A stretch of 64,000 nucleotides of DNA from an uncultured virus (IMG/VR IMGVR_UViG_3300005827_000008) (lineage: Duplodnaviria; Heunggongvirae; Uroviricota; Caudoviricetes), in IMG/VR virus record IMGVR_UViG_3300005827_000008; one strand, 5' to 3'. Position numbers and translations under genes: made by a program. The notes below the pieces were generated by a model. The model saw nothing but the letters and a program-made list of their open reading frames with translations, was not told the DNA's origin and did no database searches. Of this stretch, positions 62,557-64,000 are shown in pieces (the stretch's first letter is position 1; the number at the start of each line of letters is the position of its first letter).

Positions 62557-63965
62557 ATGGGACACAGAATAAACGAAAAAAATGTTGGCAACAGTTCTTT
62601 AAGTTCGGCACCAAAAAAGCGCGGACAAAAATTAAAATTTGATGAAATTCAGACTATTGCAATGATACTTTCTAAAGTGTACGATGCGATGGAAGCGGAT
62701 GAAGTAACTGGCACTCATACAGATGGTGGCAGAATCACGCTATCTTTAACTGGAGAGCAAATGTTCGATTTATTTGAAGCTAAAAGAAAGTTAACCAATG
62801 GACAATAAAACAAAATCAACAGCTTTGGCCACCTACATAAAGGCCAACAGAATGCACCACAAATACAGCACCCTGGCGCACGTGATCGGAATGACTCCCA
62901 CTTTATTCAGCAACATAATAAACGGTAAGACAAAAACAACCTTTGATTTTAAGCAGGTTTTAACGCTTACAGCGTATTTAAAGCCACACGGGTACAGGCC
63001 ACCAGCAGCCCATAAAGAATTGATTGGAGAAGCCATTACAGAGCCTGAAAGCATCACCCACACCCCCGAAGGGGAAGCCCCGGCAACAGAAAGAATATTT
63101 TTAACCTAAATTATAAAGCAATGAAAATACAGTTAAGCCACCTATCCCCTGAGGATTTAGGGTTCATTTACGATCAGTTATGCCCGCAATGGGCGACAAA
63201 AAAGGTATCTATCAGGAACGAAGCCGGCCTGATAAGGGCAGAGGACGAATATAAAAAGCGGATATTTTTCCGGCTAATGCAGAAAACTCAGGGCAGAATA
63301 AGCCGTTTTGACCCGAAAGTGCAAAGCTATCTGGAAACCAGATACAGCCAGAAGATCACAGAAATACTATCAAATAAAAGATTTTCAATTAATTAACCAC
63401 TTAATAAACAAAAAAAAACATGAAAACAATCACAATTTTTGTAGAGCCTGACAGCCTACCAACCGCACTGGCCACTTTAAAGGTGCTTGAAAACCTGCCT
63501 ATTGTCAACGATTTCAGGTTTACCCCTTCCGATATTAAATTCTCAACCTCAATGATCTCTAACTGGATATGGCTAAACCTTCCGGTTGACGAGTATTTGA
63601 AATTTTATTTTTCGTATAATGAACAAAAAAAGTAAATAAAAATGAAGCATTTAAAAGAAATTGCCGAAAGCATCTACAGCGAACTAAACGCAAGTTACGA
63701 CCATGCGGACATTGCCGCAAACCCTGGGTTTAAATCCCACATTGATACGCTGGAGGAACGCCCAGACCTCAGCACACTCATAGTTGAGTACCACGAAGAC
63801 GGCCAAAGCATCAACGTGTACGCAACCACTTTAAACCTCAATGAGGTTATTGAAATAGCCGGAATAGCAGCCGCCAGGCCCCCGGTTAAGGATGTGCCCT
63901 TTATTGCAGCCCAAACCACACCAAACGGAACGGCCTATCTGCATATTTTAATTGAATTTGAATAA
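62557..63965 (+). CDS. Five small genes (62557-62808, 62798-63109 HTH-like, 63121-63396, 63420-63635, 63642-63965)
   Basis: YSTLAHVIGMTPTLFSNIING is XRE-HTH-like; the others are unknown. Confidence 0.6.
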
Positions 63966-64000
63966 ACACTATGAAACTAGCACAATTTAAAAGGCTGCTG

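Noticed and set aside
1..64000. Stop-codon reassignment as seen in some crAss-like phages
   Set aside because: Long genes are intact under the standard code, all three stops end packed genes, and no suppressor tRNA was seen

Overview
The window is most or all of a dsDNA tailed phage genome. The host is almost certainly a Bacteroidota member, since TAnnTTTG -7 promoter boxes occur throughout. The virion module has a crAss-like/podovirus layout: GroES-like chaperonin, a portal gene inverted relative to the terminase genes, a large terminase with a class 3 intein, scaffold, major and auxiliary capsid, ring/muzzle-type tail proteins, ejection proteins including a 2555-aa protein, and a tail-collar fibre. 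Replication/recombination genes are DnaB, RecT, a Cas4-like nuclease and VRR-NUC. There are many small unknown ORFs. I recognised no DNA polymerase, RNA polymerase, integrase, tRNA or CRISPR. The main discovery is a dispersed integron-like cassette system: six intact single-gene units at five loci, plus several eroded ones. Each has the form AAC-[long imperfect hairpin]-GTT-core...gene...core'-AAC. The hairpin lies upstream of the gene and folds better on the coding strand, the reverse of classical attC polarity. A conserved attI-like motif lies 15 nt after the terminal AAC at three loci, and no recombinase is visible in the window. Also notable are three promoter-proximal RNA elements that share a pseudoknot/terminator architecture but not sequence, and a triple-GroES fusion. 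Product calls rest on motif recognition and gene order, not on database searches.
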